Shown in pieces: positions 40,160 to 51,300 of a stretch of 64,000 nucleotides of DNA. The first letter of the stretch is position 1. Each line of letters opens with the position of its first letter. The notes under the pieces were generated by a model. The model saw only the letters and a program-made list of their open reading frames with translations, was not told where the DNA came from and did not search any database. A program made the position numbers and the translations under genes. This DNA is from Carpediemonas membranifera BICM. Lineage: Eukaryota; Protista; Fornicata. The stretch covers positions 186,001-250,000 of the forward strand of contig JAHDYR010000008.1 of NCBI GenBank assembly GCA_019828565.1, given 5' to 3'.

Positions 40160-41210
40160 ATGAAGAGGCGCCTCCGTGTGCACGTGAATTGGTCAGCAAC
40201 CAAGAATTTGACCGACGAGCAGGTTGATAGATACGAGCGTGATCACGGCGACATCACCAAGCTCCGCAGAGTGCTCTCTGTGAAGACAGACGGGGTCTCT
40301 GTTGCTGTGACGGTTTGGGTGGGTCGCGAGAAATACCGTGGCGGTCGGGTGGCTGACCGGCCCACGTACAAAAAGGATAACAGCAACAAGCGGGCTCGGC
40401 TCGGTCAGGATGACGCCGAGGCTACTCCTGCCCCGGACATTCAAGCTCGCATGGGCTTCGACCCTGGTGCTCGGTCGCTGGGCGGCTACACGATCCGCCG
40501 CCCAGACGGGCAGAGTGTATCTGGCGTACTCGCTAAGTGTGGCTACACTGCCACCCCCTCTTTCCGCGTGAATATGAGCGCAGCATCGTTCAAAACGACA
40601 AGTCTAGAGGCTCTCAAACAGTCGATTAGGTTTGTCCATGAGAACATCGTTCAGATCATCAACGAGGGGACGAGAAAGTGTTTCCGCCGTGCGACTTCTG
40701 CCAATCACTGTCTGCGCCAGAAGCACTTCGCCCGGGCTGGACGTCAACTCCTGGATGATCTCGGCGGGCGCCCCCAGGAGCCCATTCACCGTCGCGTATG
40801 GGGCTGCACTGTTCGGTTCCGCCAGCACTCCCTCGTGTGCTCCGTACCGCCACTTTGCTCGAGCTCTTCCTGGCATCATGCTCCGGCACAACGTCGTCGT
40901 GACTGTCACGATGGTCTCCGAATTCCGCACTTCCATCGTGTGCCCATACTGCAAAGCACACTTCAGACGCGTGGTGCACACACACCGCACCATGCTCTGC
41001 CAGAATCCCGCGTGCGAGGGAGCTCCATGGCGCGTTGAACGGCTACGTCGGCATCCCGAGCAGAGAGACATACTTCTCAATCTCTCTCACCGAGATAAGA
41101 GCGCCAGCGAGAACATCCTTTGGTGCACCATCGATGCAACTTCAGATCAGATAGAGCAATCTCCTTTCCACTACGACTCCCAGAGAGGTGCTCTTCCTCG
41201 CTATCATTGA
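40160..41210 (+). pseudogene. Shortened, frameshifted Fanzor1-like nuclease
   Basis: RRVLSVKTDGVSV and RuvC-I MGFDPGARSLGG are in one frame. VAYGAALF, SEFRTSIVCPYC, CQNPAC and RuvC-III LNLSHRDKSASENIL are in the next. The frames join by removing one C from the C5 run at 40771-40775. About 290 N-terminal residues of the element A protein are missing. Confidence 0.86.
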
Positions 41211-41354
41211 CTTGCTAAGTTGAGCAAGCACGCGCTGCAGCGCGCGTGATATGCTGCGCACGATTGATAGAGTATGATGAACCACACTGCGATCCTGATG
41301 CTGCTTGGATCACTGTGTGTTTTGGACTCAACAATTCTAATCCTGCGCAGCACA
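41211..41354 (+). ncRNA. Candidate omegaRNA of element B (scaffold plus guide)
   Basis: Hairpins CTTGCT/AGCAAG (41211-41228), CACGCGC/GCGCGTG (41229-41248) and CACAC..GATCC/GGATC..GTGTG (41283-41319), immediately followed by the direct repeat. Confidence 0.55.
41325..41354. repeat. 30-bp direct repeat of element B, downstream copy (putative guide position)
   Basis: Identical to 39932-39961. Ends 17 bp before the CCDC113 ATG. Confidence 0.95.
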
Positions 41355-41371
41355 ACAACATCGCGAACTGA

Positions 41372-42358
41372 ATGCAGGAGAACGAATACGCCGAAGTAGA
41401 GCATCTCAGGCGCGAGAACGCTCTATTTAGATCATTTATCAAGCGTTTCGACAACGTTATTCCCGCAGAATCCGATATTGAGGACGATGAGAACGAACAG
41501 CCGCGGAGGAAGCAAATTTCTCAAATGGAGTCTTCGATGAAGCCACTACTAGTCGAAGATAAGCTCACTATCGCTCTCAAAGAAGTTGAGGACCTTCAGG
41601 AAGACATATCAACCGCCCAGCGTGACGGAGAGCAGATCAACACAAGTATCAGGGCCCTGATCAGTGCCGCAGACGGCCTGATCACCGATACCATGAAAGA
41701 AGCACACGACTTCAAGCGTACTGTGATCGTATCCGACAATGGGGAAGGAGAGAATGTCGATGCCGACCGCGTCATCAAGTTCTTCACCGAACGGACCAAG
41801 GCCCTCCGCACGCGCGGCGAGAAGCTCAAGCTGAAGAACGCGAACATCACTAGACAGGCAGGCAAGCTCAAGAAGCAGCTGCAGCAGAAGACCGAGACTG
41901 GGGAGGTTCTCCACGCCATCGACTACGACCAGCTCAAGATTGAGCACCAGCAGCACTTGGAACGGATTGAACAGAAGAACCAGGAGCTCCTTAGGCTTAA
42001 GATCACATCTGGCAACACTATCCTCGTGTTGAACCAGCTCAAGAAGCAGCTCACGACGCTGCTGGATGAAAGCACGTGGCTCAGAGCAGAGCTGACCGCC
42101 AGGGAAGCTGTAGCCTCCAAGCTTGACGCGGACATCGGGCTGGCTACCAAACAGCAGCACAGTGTGATTGCCGTGCAGCGTTCGTTGAAACAGGAGCAGC
42201 ATGGCACGAACGAACCCCGGCCCATTGACTATATCAAGATCAAGGCAAAGGAGAATGACCTCATCAAAGCTAGAGACAACTATCGGCGGAAGATCGAGAT
42301 TGCCGAGATGAGGGTGAAGCGGGCGAGGGCAATGGCGCGGGAGTCCATGCAGATGTAA
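41372..42358 (+). CDS. CCDC113: Cilia/flagella coiled-coil protein CCDC113/CFAP263 (DUF4201)
   Basis: RENALFRSF, KLKLKN and KQLQQKTETGEVLHAIDYDQLKIEHQQHLERIEQKNQELLRLK, ending YRRKIEIAEM. Confidence 0.85.
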   Translation: MQENEYAEVEHLRRENALFRSFIKRFDNVIPAESDIEDDENEQPRRKQISQMESSMKPLLVEDKLTIALKEVEDLQEDISTAQRDGEQINTSIRALISAADGLITDTMKEAHDFKRTVIVSDNGEGENVDADRVIKFFTERTKALRTRGEKLKLKNANITRQAGKLKKQLQQKTETGEVLHAIDYDQLKIEHQQHLERIEQKNQELLRLKITSGNTILVLNQLKKQLTTLLDESTWLRAELTAREAVASKLDADIGLATKQQHSVIAVQRSLKQEQHGTNEPRPIDYIKIKAKENDLIKARDNYRRKIEIAEMRVKRARAMARESMQM

Positions 42359-42468
42359 ATAAGGGTCCATGTCTGTAACAAGGGAGTTGGGGAGCGTATG
42401 AGTTGACGTTGGGTGGTAAGATGAGATCATTTTCGACAGTTTAGTGCGCATCAGCGAAGCTCATCACA

Positions 42469-45404
42469 ATGGTGGGTCTTATCGGGAGAGACAGTGTCTT
42501 CCATTGCACTAGTATCGCTTTAGTTCTCCTTTCTCTGCTTATCGCCGCCTGTTGCAGCGTCGTTGAGTATGATATGGACAAGCAGATCGGTATTACCCCC
42601 AAGGTCGTCGATTCAAGCATGTTTGGCGATACCGTGTTCATCTATGGGTATGATACCTCTTTCCAGCCTTATCCAGCGAGTATGCAGCCATCTCCTCCCG
42701 CCCCTCTCTATCAAACGAACGCTTCACCCACGGTCATGTCTACGTGTACAAGTACTTCCTCGAGTCCTGGATCCTCCTCAACAAGCTCGTGGTACCTAGC
42801 GAGACTGAGGACGTCAAACCCTCAACGTTGGCTCTTAACGACGAGATTCTCGTGGCTGGGTCTGACAAGGTTTTCTTATACATGAACTCAGGTAACATGT
42901 ATGATTACAAGACTAGCTTTGCACTAGAGTCGTGTACTAACCACACCGCTGTCGTGTGTGGCGCTGAGGTTGTCGTCTCGTGCCGCCAGTCCGACATTCT
43001 CACGGTCGGCGTTTTCCACATCGACCCAAACCTGCACTACGGCTTTGAAGAGTACGCAGGCATCAGTATTACCGCCCCCGTCGTTGCCATGACCGCCGAC
43101 TCAGACAACGGTCACCTGGCCCTCGCCACGGGGACCATGGACTGGACAGTCTATGTCTACCTCTGGGATGACGGAAGCAAGCAGTTTAACCACCTGCAGG
43201 AGTTCACCACCAAGAACGCCTCTCTAGCCATGTCTTTCGGTGGGATTGCCATGAACAACCATACCCTCGCCATCACGGAGTCAAGGACCACGGGTAACAT
43301 TCAGAGTGAGTTGTACCTCTACCACTTCAACTCTGGGACGGAAACTTGGGAGTTGAAGGTCCACACAGAGCCTGGTCTGCCAGAGATCCTCACTTTCTTT
43401 GAAGGGGGGCTCAATGTAACCATCGCCCCGCCTTATATCACCATATGTGGGGGCTACGTCTCCATTATTTACGAATTCGATCTTGACGCCGGCACGTTGA
43501 CTTATCTTGACTATTTAGGATATCTCCCTTCGATCCCGATTGCCGCAGCGATGAACGAGAACGCTATGATTCACGTCAGCGCTCGTGCTGTGGACGAGGA
43601 CGACGTCACTGTAGTCTTTTCAGTCGAACGGTTTGGTAACAGGTGGAAAACGACCGGCTTCATGAGCTCGGTAGATTCGAAGTACAGCGAGTTCGGCTCC
43701 CTGAATGTCATGGAGGGAAACACGCTGGCTGTAGCAGCAGCCGGTAATGCCCAGGATCGTGTCTTTGGCTCAGCTTTCACATTTACCTTGGACCCTGATG
43801 GCTCATTCGTCACAGATCAACGGATCGATCCTATGGCATCGATGGCCAATGACGCGTTCAGCACGAGGATAGCACTGAGCGGAGACTACATGGCGGTCAG
43901 CGCACCAGGGTCGGACGGCCATCTAGGGTCTATTTACTGGTTCAAGAGGGACCAGGCGGGTATGTTCCAGCCGCAGAAGGCCTATGACAACTCCACGAAG
44001 CTCCAGCCGACCGTGGATGTCAACGTGGCGCAGGATTTCGGTATCAACGCCCTCACGCTCAAGGTCGACAGCAACGGCGACGGTGTGCTTGTCGCAGCCA
44101 CCACTACCAACCGAGTTTACCTTTATAAGTTCACTGCAGGCGTGCTCGACTCGACCCCATCCATCATTGAAGCAAGCACGTATGCCCGCATCACTTACTT
44201 TGGCATGACCATTGATATTCAAGACGACATCATGGTCGTCGGAACAACAGGAAACGCCTTTGAAATAGTGCAGTTAGACCAGGATCTCCACAAGGCCAAG
44301 GCATGGGAGGTCAGCGGCGATCAGTCTGCATTGGACCTCGCGTCTTTCGGGTACTTTGTAGCCATCAGCGAGGACCACACCATCCTGATCTCCCACGCAG
44401 ATGGCCCCACGGACGGTATGTGCACTATAGGGTCGATTTACAGGTACAACGAGGCCTCTGACGAGTGGCACTGCGACCAGAACATCACCATTCCCGAGTC
44501 GGCTGACCCGGAGTGCGACGGCTCGCGTGCTCTTGCCCAGGTGACCATTCAGGACGACTGGATCGCCATCGGCTGTAGCTCCAACCGGATGGGTAACGGT
44601 GTCGTTTGGCGCTTCGTGCTCGACTCGAAAACGGGCCTATATCATCAGGCTAAGAACTTCATGCTCACGGTGGAAGACGCCACGATCAGGCTGTTCAGCA
44701 TGACCGACGAGTACTTCGTCGTGAGCACCGTCAACCCGGCCAGCGCGTTCTTCTATCTTCCCAAGGAAGCTCCAGGGCTGTCGAACCTCGTCATCGCACT
44801 CGTCGTTATTGTAGTTGTTATGGCGGTCATCATCGCGTTGTTCGTCGTCGTCGCCTTATGCACCCTCAACATCTTTGGATGCACCACTGCTGGTGTCGCA
44901 GCGGTCGTGTTGCTCAAGAAACTGCGCCACGCCATCATCAAGCAGCGACTTAGACGCTTTGCCAAGGCTGAGCTGACCAAACTCGGGGTCGACTCCAGTA
45001 ACAAGCTCTACTCCGCCATTTATGACTTCTTCATAGCTCCCGAGGCTATCACCGAGACTGAGGTCATCGCGGCGGGTGGTTTCGGGTCTGTATCGCGTGC
45101 TGTGTACAAGGATCAGGTGGTCTGCATCAAGAAGCTGCACGAGGCGTTCCAGGCGGATGCCACGAGCATGAACGAGTTTGCCCGGGAGGCCAAGTCCCTC
45201 GTCGAGCTGTCCCACCCCAACGTGCTCAAGTTCCTGGGCGCCACGGTGCGTCTCCCGGCCATCTACATCGTGACCGAGTTCTGCGCTCTGGGGTCTCTGA
45301 CGCAGTATGTCGATAGGAAGCGCCAGCAGGGTCGGCTGTCTGTTACTGACCTGCTCGACCTCGTCATAGAGGCGGCCGACGGTCTCGCCTTCATCCACTC
45401 GAGA

Positions 45405-45437
<33 letters not shown>

Positions 45438-45884
45438 TTCTTCGTATCAGTCGAGGAGAAGGTTCGTAAGAACAGGATCCGCGTCAAGGTCGGCGATCTC
45501 GGTCTGGCCGTCAACAACACGACCAAGACGATGACCAACATCGGCACCATGGGCTTCGCCGCCCCCGAGCTTCTCCAGCGGGGCGAGTACGACCAGAAGG
45601 CGGACGTCTTCTCCTTCGCCATGACCATCTACGCTCTCTTCTCCGAGGAGCTCCCCTTCGCCAGCGAGAAGAGTTCTTTCGCCGCCATGAAGAAGATCAA
45701 CGACGGAGTCCGGCCTGAGCCGATGAAGGTGATGCTGAAGCTGCCAGAGCTCCAGGAGATCGTCTCGCAGATGTGGTCGCAGCGACCTGAAGATAGGCCG
45801 ACCATGAAGGCTGCAGTGGGGATGCTGAGGGGTCTGAGGAAGGCCATGGGCAGCATGACTGTGAACAAGATGAATAGGATTTAG
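42469..45884 (+). CDS. Single-pass receptor-like TKL kinase with FG-GAP-like propeller ectodomain, 2 exons
   Basis: The signal-peptide exon joins through a 29-nt GT-AG intron (42648-42676). Ectodomain repeats (FS.RIALSGDYMAVSAPG...GSIY), a TM segment and a kinase (AGGFGSV, CIKK, HRDIKPDN, DLG, GTMGFAAPE). Confidence 0.88.
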
Positions 45885-46410
45885 ACGGGATTGTAAAGAT
45901 TTGTGTTATCGGTGGGTTGACTCGTAAGAGGTATTGAATGTGTCAAATGGGCGTATAAAGCTAACCAATCGCGAGGGCAACTCATACACAAACGATCTAG
46001 GAGATGTGTCTCCTTACCTCCTCTGACTGAGTGACGTAAATCAGCTCGGCTGACTTAGAGAGTAAGTTTCGTGGTGCGCTGGGGTCAGGGAGGGTCGCCC
46101 CAGGCGTGACCCGTCCCGACACCCCCCTCCAAAAACAATGCTCTCGTTCCCGTGCTGTTCAACAGAGTGCACGACTCTCCTTGACACGACTCCACCGATC
46201 TGATGGTTAATTCATCTTCTCCGAAGATTGGGGGCGATCAATCAAATTTGTCGTTGTTGTCTGTCTTTCAGCTGATGCATTTACAGTTTGCCCGACAGCC
46301 AGCAAGTCTGCTCAATGCAAGCTGACCTGCAAAAATCAGCAATAACTTATCACTGCCTGCCTGCCACGCCATGCGTCAAAAGCAAAACTTTATAAAAACG
46401 TATCCACCAG

Positions 46411-48069
46411 TCAATCGCCATTGCCGTACCCTGCAAGAATCTCCTGCGACTGCGCACATCGCGTCAATGCCCTCAGGTAGACCAGCGGATGGTGCTGAAC
46501 AAGGCTACTAGGGTGAATGACAATGGTCCCTGCCAGCTCGTTGGGTGAGTCATAGGCAAACATCAACCTCTCGTCCAGGCCCCCGAAACGCCTCATAAAC
46601 TCGTTGAGGGGGTTCATCTTCAACATGGTCGGCGTGACCACCCGCTGTGAAAAGCCCCGCGTGTTGGATCGCGGCCGAGTCTCAACTGCGTCAGCGCGGC
46701 CCGACCAGGAAGAGACTGAGGCACGCAGCGTGGTGTCTGCCTCGCGGGTGAGGTTGGCCAGTTGGATCATCCGCCCTGCAGGGTACAGCGGGAAGATGTT
46801 GATCTCGTCGTTATCTCCTGCTGCAATCCTAGCCTCAAGCTCAGCCTGCCTCTTCGATCGCATGAGGCGGTTGACAATCTTCTTCCGGAAACTGTTGACG
46901 TTACTCTGCACAGGCTGGAAGACACCGAGAAGGAGGTCTTCGTCGAGATCGCTGTCTTCCGTGTCAGATAGACCCGAATCATGTCTTGCTCTCCAGTACT
47001 CCCGCTTCATCTCCCGTAACATGTCCTGATGCTCATGCTGCCTCTTCAAAAAATCGTGCTGCATTTTTTTGTGCATCTTTTTCCGTATATACATTGGGAC
47101 CAACTTAGACCACCGAGTGTCAGTGTGCATGACAACTGAGGGAGGCACAGAGGACTCGAACATTTCATACATGACCTTCGCCAGTTGCTCGTATGACTTG
47201 TACGACAGTCGCGGGATTAGGTCACCGCCCATGACGACGCTGGTTACTAACTCCTTGCTGGCTTCGACGTTTGCTTGAGTAAACACGCTGGGGCATGCAA
47301 ATGCGACTGCTTTGACTGAAAACTCGTCTCGACACATCATCGCCATGATAGCTGCGATACCCGCTCCTAATGAATGTCCCACGAATGTGACCGTTTTCCG
47401 GGAATACTGACCAAGGTAGGCCCGCAAAGCCTCCTTGATCTCGGGATACATGTTCTTTGCGGTCAGGAACATCCCCTTATGGGCATGTCCGCCCATGAAT
47501 GGCATTGTAGAGGCGACCAGATCAGTCATGACCTCGGGCATGGAAAGGGTTCCGCGGAAAGCAACAATAATCTCGCCCGTGGCAACATGGTCTAGCATGT
47601 AGTAGCAGCAGCGGAACGGCTCCTTCATGACCTTTGGGTAGTGTAGCCTTATCATATCCCTGGAGTCGGCCGTTGGCACAAATGAATCAATCATCTGGCA
47701 GATCCGGTCGGGAATGCTAGTGAGGACCCAAGCGGCGGCCTGGGCGGCGTCATAGACCTCGAAGAACTCCTGTGTGTTGGTGTAGTACGTCCCATGATAG
47801 GAAGCAAGGGCGAAATGGAGGTAGGTGACAAGGCGGTTCGTCTCCGACATCGAAAGGGCGTTGGATGGATCTGGACACTTAGGGAGCTCGAAGTACTCGT
47901 GGTGGACGGCTTCAATTTCCATTAGACAGTACACCATCGTTGGCAAGGAAATAGCATTGGCATTGAAGAACAATCTGAGCGTTTCTACAATCTCTGGAAG
48001 GCCCTGCATCCCCAAGGAGCTCCCATGACGAGATATGAAGCGCATATACGTGTTAAGTGCGACATTCAT
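46411..48069 (-). CDS. Class 3 lipase (DAG-lipase-like)
   Basis: IVAFRGTLS..EVMTDL, HAHKGM, VGHSLGAG, DLIPRLS and LYPAGR. Confidence 0.9.
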   Translation of the reverse strand: MNVALNTYMRFISRHGSSLGMQGLPEIVETLRLFFNANAISLPTMVYCLMEIEAVHHEYFELPKCPDPSNALSMSETNRLVTYLHFALASYHGTYYTNTQEFFEVYDAAQAAAWVLTSIPDRICQMIDSFVPTADSRDMIRLHYPKVMKEPFRCCYYMLDHVATGEIIVAFRGTLSMPEVMTDLVASTMPFMGGHAHKGMFLTAKNMYPEIKEALRAYLGQYSRKTVTFVGHSLGAGIAAIMAMMCRDEFSVKAVAFACPSVFTQANVEASKELVTSVVMGGDLIPRLSYKSYEQLAKVMYEMFESSVPPSVVMHTDTRWSKLVPMYIRKKMHKKMQHDFLKRQHEHQDMLREMKREYWRARHDSGLSDTEDSDLDEDLLLGVFQPVQSNVNSFRKKIVNRLMRSKRQAELEARIAAGDNDEINIFPLYPAGRMIQLANLTREADTTLRASVSSWSGRADAVETRPRSNTRGFSQRVVTPTMLKMNPLNEFMRRFGGLDERLMFAYDSPNELAGTIVIHPSSLVQHHPLVYLRALTRCAQSQEILAGYGNGD

Positions 48070-48386
48070 GTGAAATGCTTCTTCTCGAAACAGCCTGCAT
48101 GTCGTAGCGAGATTGGGTCAATACCACCTCGGGAAAAAATAAAATGGGCACCAGGAAAAACACGATTGATCACGACTATAAGCCTTCCATGCCTGATTAA
48201 ACACCATATACACTCTTTGAACCCTGCCTTTGCCCGAAATTGGGTGGCAAATGCAACACAAAAGTCCCTCCCGGCAATCACAAAAAGCAGGGCATCAATA
48301 TACCCACCTGACTCTTGGGTGGGCCAGCCACGACTTGGGATTGAGACAACCTCAATCTGTGTACGAGATCGACGAGATATTTCTTC

Positions 48387-51300
48387 ATGCGGGCCAGCGT
48401 ACATCCAACGTACACGCTGTTCTCGCTAATACTTGTTCTCAATCTCTTCATTTTGAGCACGTTTGCCGCTGGCACCGTGCTCATTGATTCGGATGCCATT
48501 GTTACTGGCGATGCCGGCTCATCTTTTGGCCAATCCCTGGCCATCCACGGCGATATGATATGTATTGGCATCCCAGACGGCACCCCAGGCACAACTGCGA
48601 CAGGCTTCGTCCAATGTGCCCTTTTGCCTCATATTTCTTCACCACGCACCCTAACACACGAAGACGACACGATCATTGGCTTCGGCGCCTCTCTAGCAGC
48701 CACTGACGCGTGTCTACTGGTCACTGGAACCTTATCCAACAACACCGACTTCATATCAGCCTGGAGTTGGGATTCACCACCTGCCCTACTTGCCGAGACA
48801 GTCATTCCTGAAGGAGCAGCCGGCTTGATGAAGGTCTCGCCGGACCAGACCAAGATCCTCGTCGCGTCCTCCACGATAGAGACCGCAGCTCTCTTTGATC
48901 TGGCAGTTGCGACTGATGTGGTAACAATTTCTCAACAGGGAGTCGACTTCAGCTTCAGCTTTTTGATCCCCTCGCGGGATAAGCAATGCACACACATCGC
49001 CATGAGCAATACAATGGTCTACTTCGCCTCATATGCCAGCACGGACGGCTACATCGACGCCTTTACCATCGAGGGTGAGTACATGCGTTCAAAGCAATTC
49101 AGCGGCCAAGAAATTGGGGCGATTGACGCGTGTGCGACCTGTGTCGTTGTCAGCGCAGACAACATATCCGCGAACTACTTCTACAGACTCACGCTTGACC
49201 TGAAAACAACGCTGGAGAGCTCCTCGAGTGCGACCATGATCGCAGCCTTGGCCCTCACTCCAAGCTGCTCGCTGTTCGCACACACAGACTCTTCCACCAG
49301 CACAGTCAGCCTGATGGCCCTGGGAGCACTCAACACGCCGCTCACGTCGGCCTCATACCTGACACTATCAGCCTCGACCACCCCTGGTCTTGGGGGTGTG
49401 GTCGCCGTCTCTGACGATTACGTGGCCTTCGCAGCACCGTCGATTGACAAGGTAGTGACCGTGCCCCTCTGCCAAGACATCAACACTGCTCTGACAAGCC
49501 CATACGATGCCTCGAGTGCGTGTTTGCAGTGCGAGTCCTGGAAAGAACGCGGAGACTATACGTCGTGCGTGACAACAGCCGCGGACCTCGAGAGCAGCGT
49601 GACTGACACGGCAATACCATTCACTACACTCGCGGTGGCCGGCAATACTTTCGTCCGAGGTTTCGCAGGTTACAATACTGACTTCGGTGCAGTTTATGTC
49701 AAATCTGTTGACTCGTTTATTGCAGGGTCGACGACCAACCAGGCCGCCCCTTCTGTCGAGTCGACCGTGGCCGGCCAGTCATTCGGCCAGGCTGTGGCGA
49801 CCAACGGCCGGTACGTTGTCGTCGGCAGTTCTGCCAGTGCCACACCAGTCTGTGTGGTTGATGCGATGATTGACCCCACCTCTCTCCTGCTCTACATCCC
49901 AGCCCCAGCAGGTATCAGCAACTTTGGGTACCAGACCCTCGCTGTGCACCCGACGGAGCTCATCGTTGCAGTAACAGGCAGGGCCGACGCCAGTGCGAGT
50001 AGTACTGAAGTTTTCCTGTTCAAAGGGGCCGAGCTTCTTGAAACCTTAGCGCCCGACACGCCCACGGTCCAGTTTGGCCATTCATTGGGCTTCTCTGAGT
50101 CCAGGCTGTTCATCGGCAGTCCCGAAGAAAGCACCGTATACACGTTCACTCTAGCTGACATCACGACTGAGCCCACAGTCACGGCATCCACCCCGATCAC
50201 CCTGCCCAGCGTCCCTAACTTCGGGTTGGGTCTCTGCCCATCAAATGATTACATCATGGCGACCGGGTCGGACGGTGCAGACGTATTCGTGGTCTCTGCG
50301 ACACGGGCGGGCGAGACCTGGTCGACGACCGTGGACAGCTACGCCTCTATCACGGCCCCAGTCTCTGGCTTCGACGTGTTGAGCAACATGTGTGTCATTG
50401 CTGTAGACGTCTCCGTAGCTGTTTACCGACTCGACGCAGACTTCTCACCAGTCAGTAGTACGCCGTACACGCCAACGAACGCACTCCCCGTGTCGGCCGT
50501 CGGCCTGTCCCCCAACGCACTGTTCCTCCAGACAACAGACGGGGCAGTTGAGTCGTTCTACACTACATGCGGCTCCCCTACGGCCCCATACGGCATGTAT
50601 AGTCCCAGCTTCCACACTTGCGAGACCTGCCCGACCAACACATTCGCTGACTCGCACCAGGTCCGGTGCAGCCCTGTCCCATTCGGCAAGGCGGTGTCCA
50701 CATGGTACAGGGCGTCTGTGTCTGATGATTATACTGATCACTACTACCACACTGAGGTGGCCGTCGCCCACGGCGCGGCAGTGGCGGCTAGGGACCACGT
50801 GCTTGCTGTTACCGATGGTACTAGCTTTACTGTGGCTGACGTAGACGGGTTTGGGATGTACAGGAGAGGCCAGGTCATGACTCAGCCCGACTCTGTCAAA
50901 TCTACCGTGTTTGGGTCAGATATTGCGGTCACCGAATCTGGCCACGTCATCGTGGGGTCGGCCACCACTGCAGCCGTCGCCCATGGCATGTCTGTATACG
51001 AGTTGACTCACCATTCCGCAGTTTATGTCCGCTCCTTCTTCGAGTATACCGCGAACTGCGAGTACGGCACCGCCATCGATACTCACGGCGACTACGTGGC
51101 TGTTAGTGCCCCTGGGTCTGCCTGCAACTTCATCGACGTCTACAACACCGCCGACTGGACCAAGGTCACCATCAGCGGCGACGACACCAGTGTCCTGAGT
51201 ATGCAGACGACCGACACCGGCCGCCACATGGCAATGGACCAGGACTATCTCTACGTTTACGCCACATCCGTTGCCGGGTCGACTGAATACCTCTTTGTTG

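Larger units (their letters stand above)
39932..41354 (+). mobile_element. Fanzor1-like element B delimited by 30-bp direct repeats
   Basis: GACTCAACAATTCTAATCCTGCGCAGCACA occurs at 39932-39961 and 41325-41354, enclosing a RuvC ORF homologous to that of element A. No transposase and no terminal inverted repeats. Confidence 0.82.

Noticed and set aside
46164-46172. AGAGTGCAC match to repeat A as a trans target
   Set aside because: A 9-bp match is compatible with chance in 64 kb, and there is no TTTAN in the right position.
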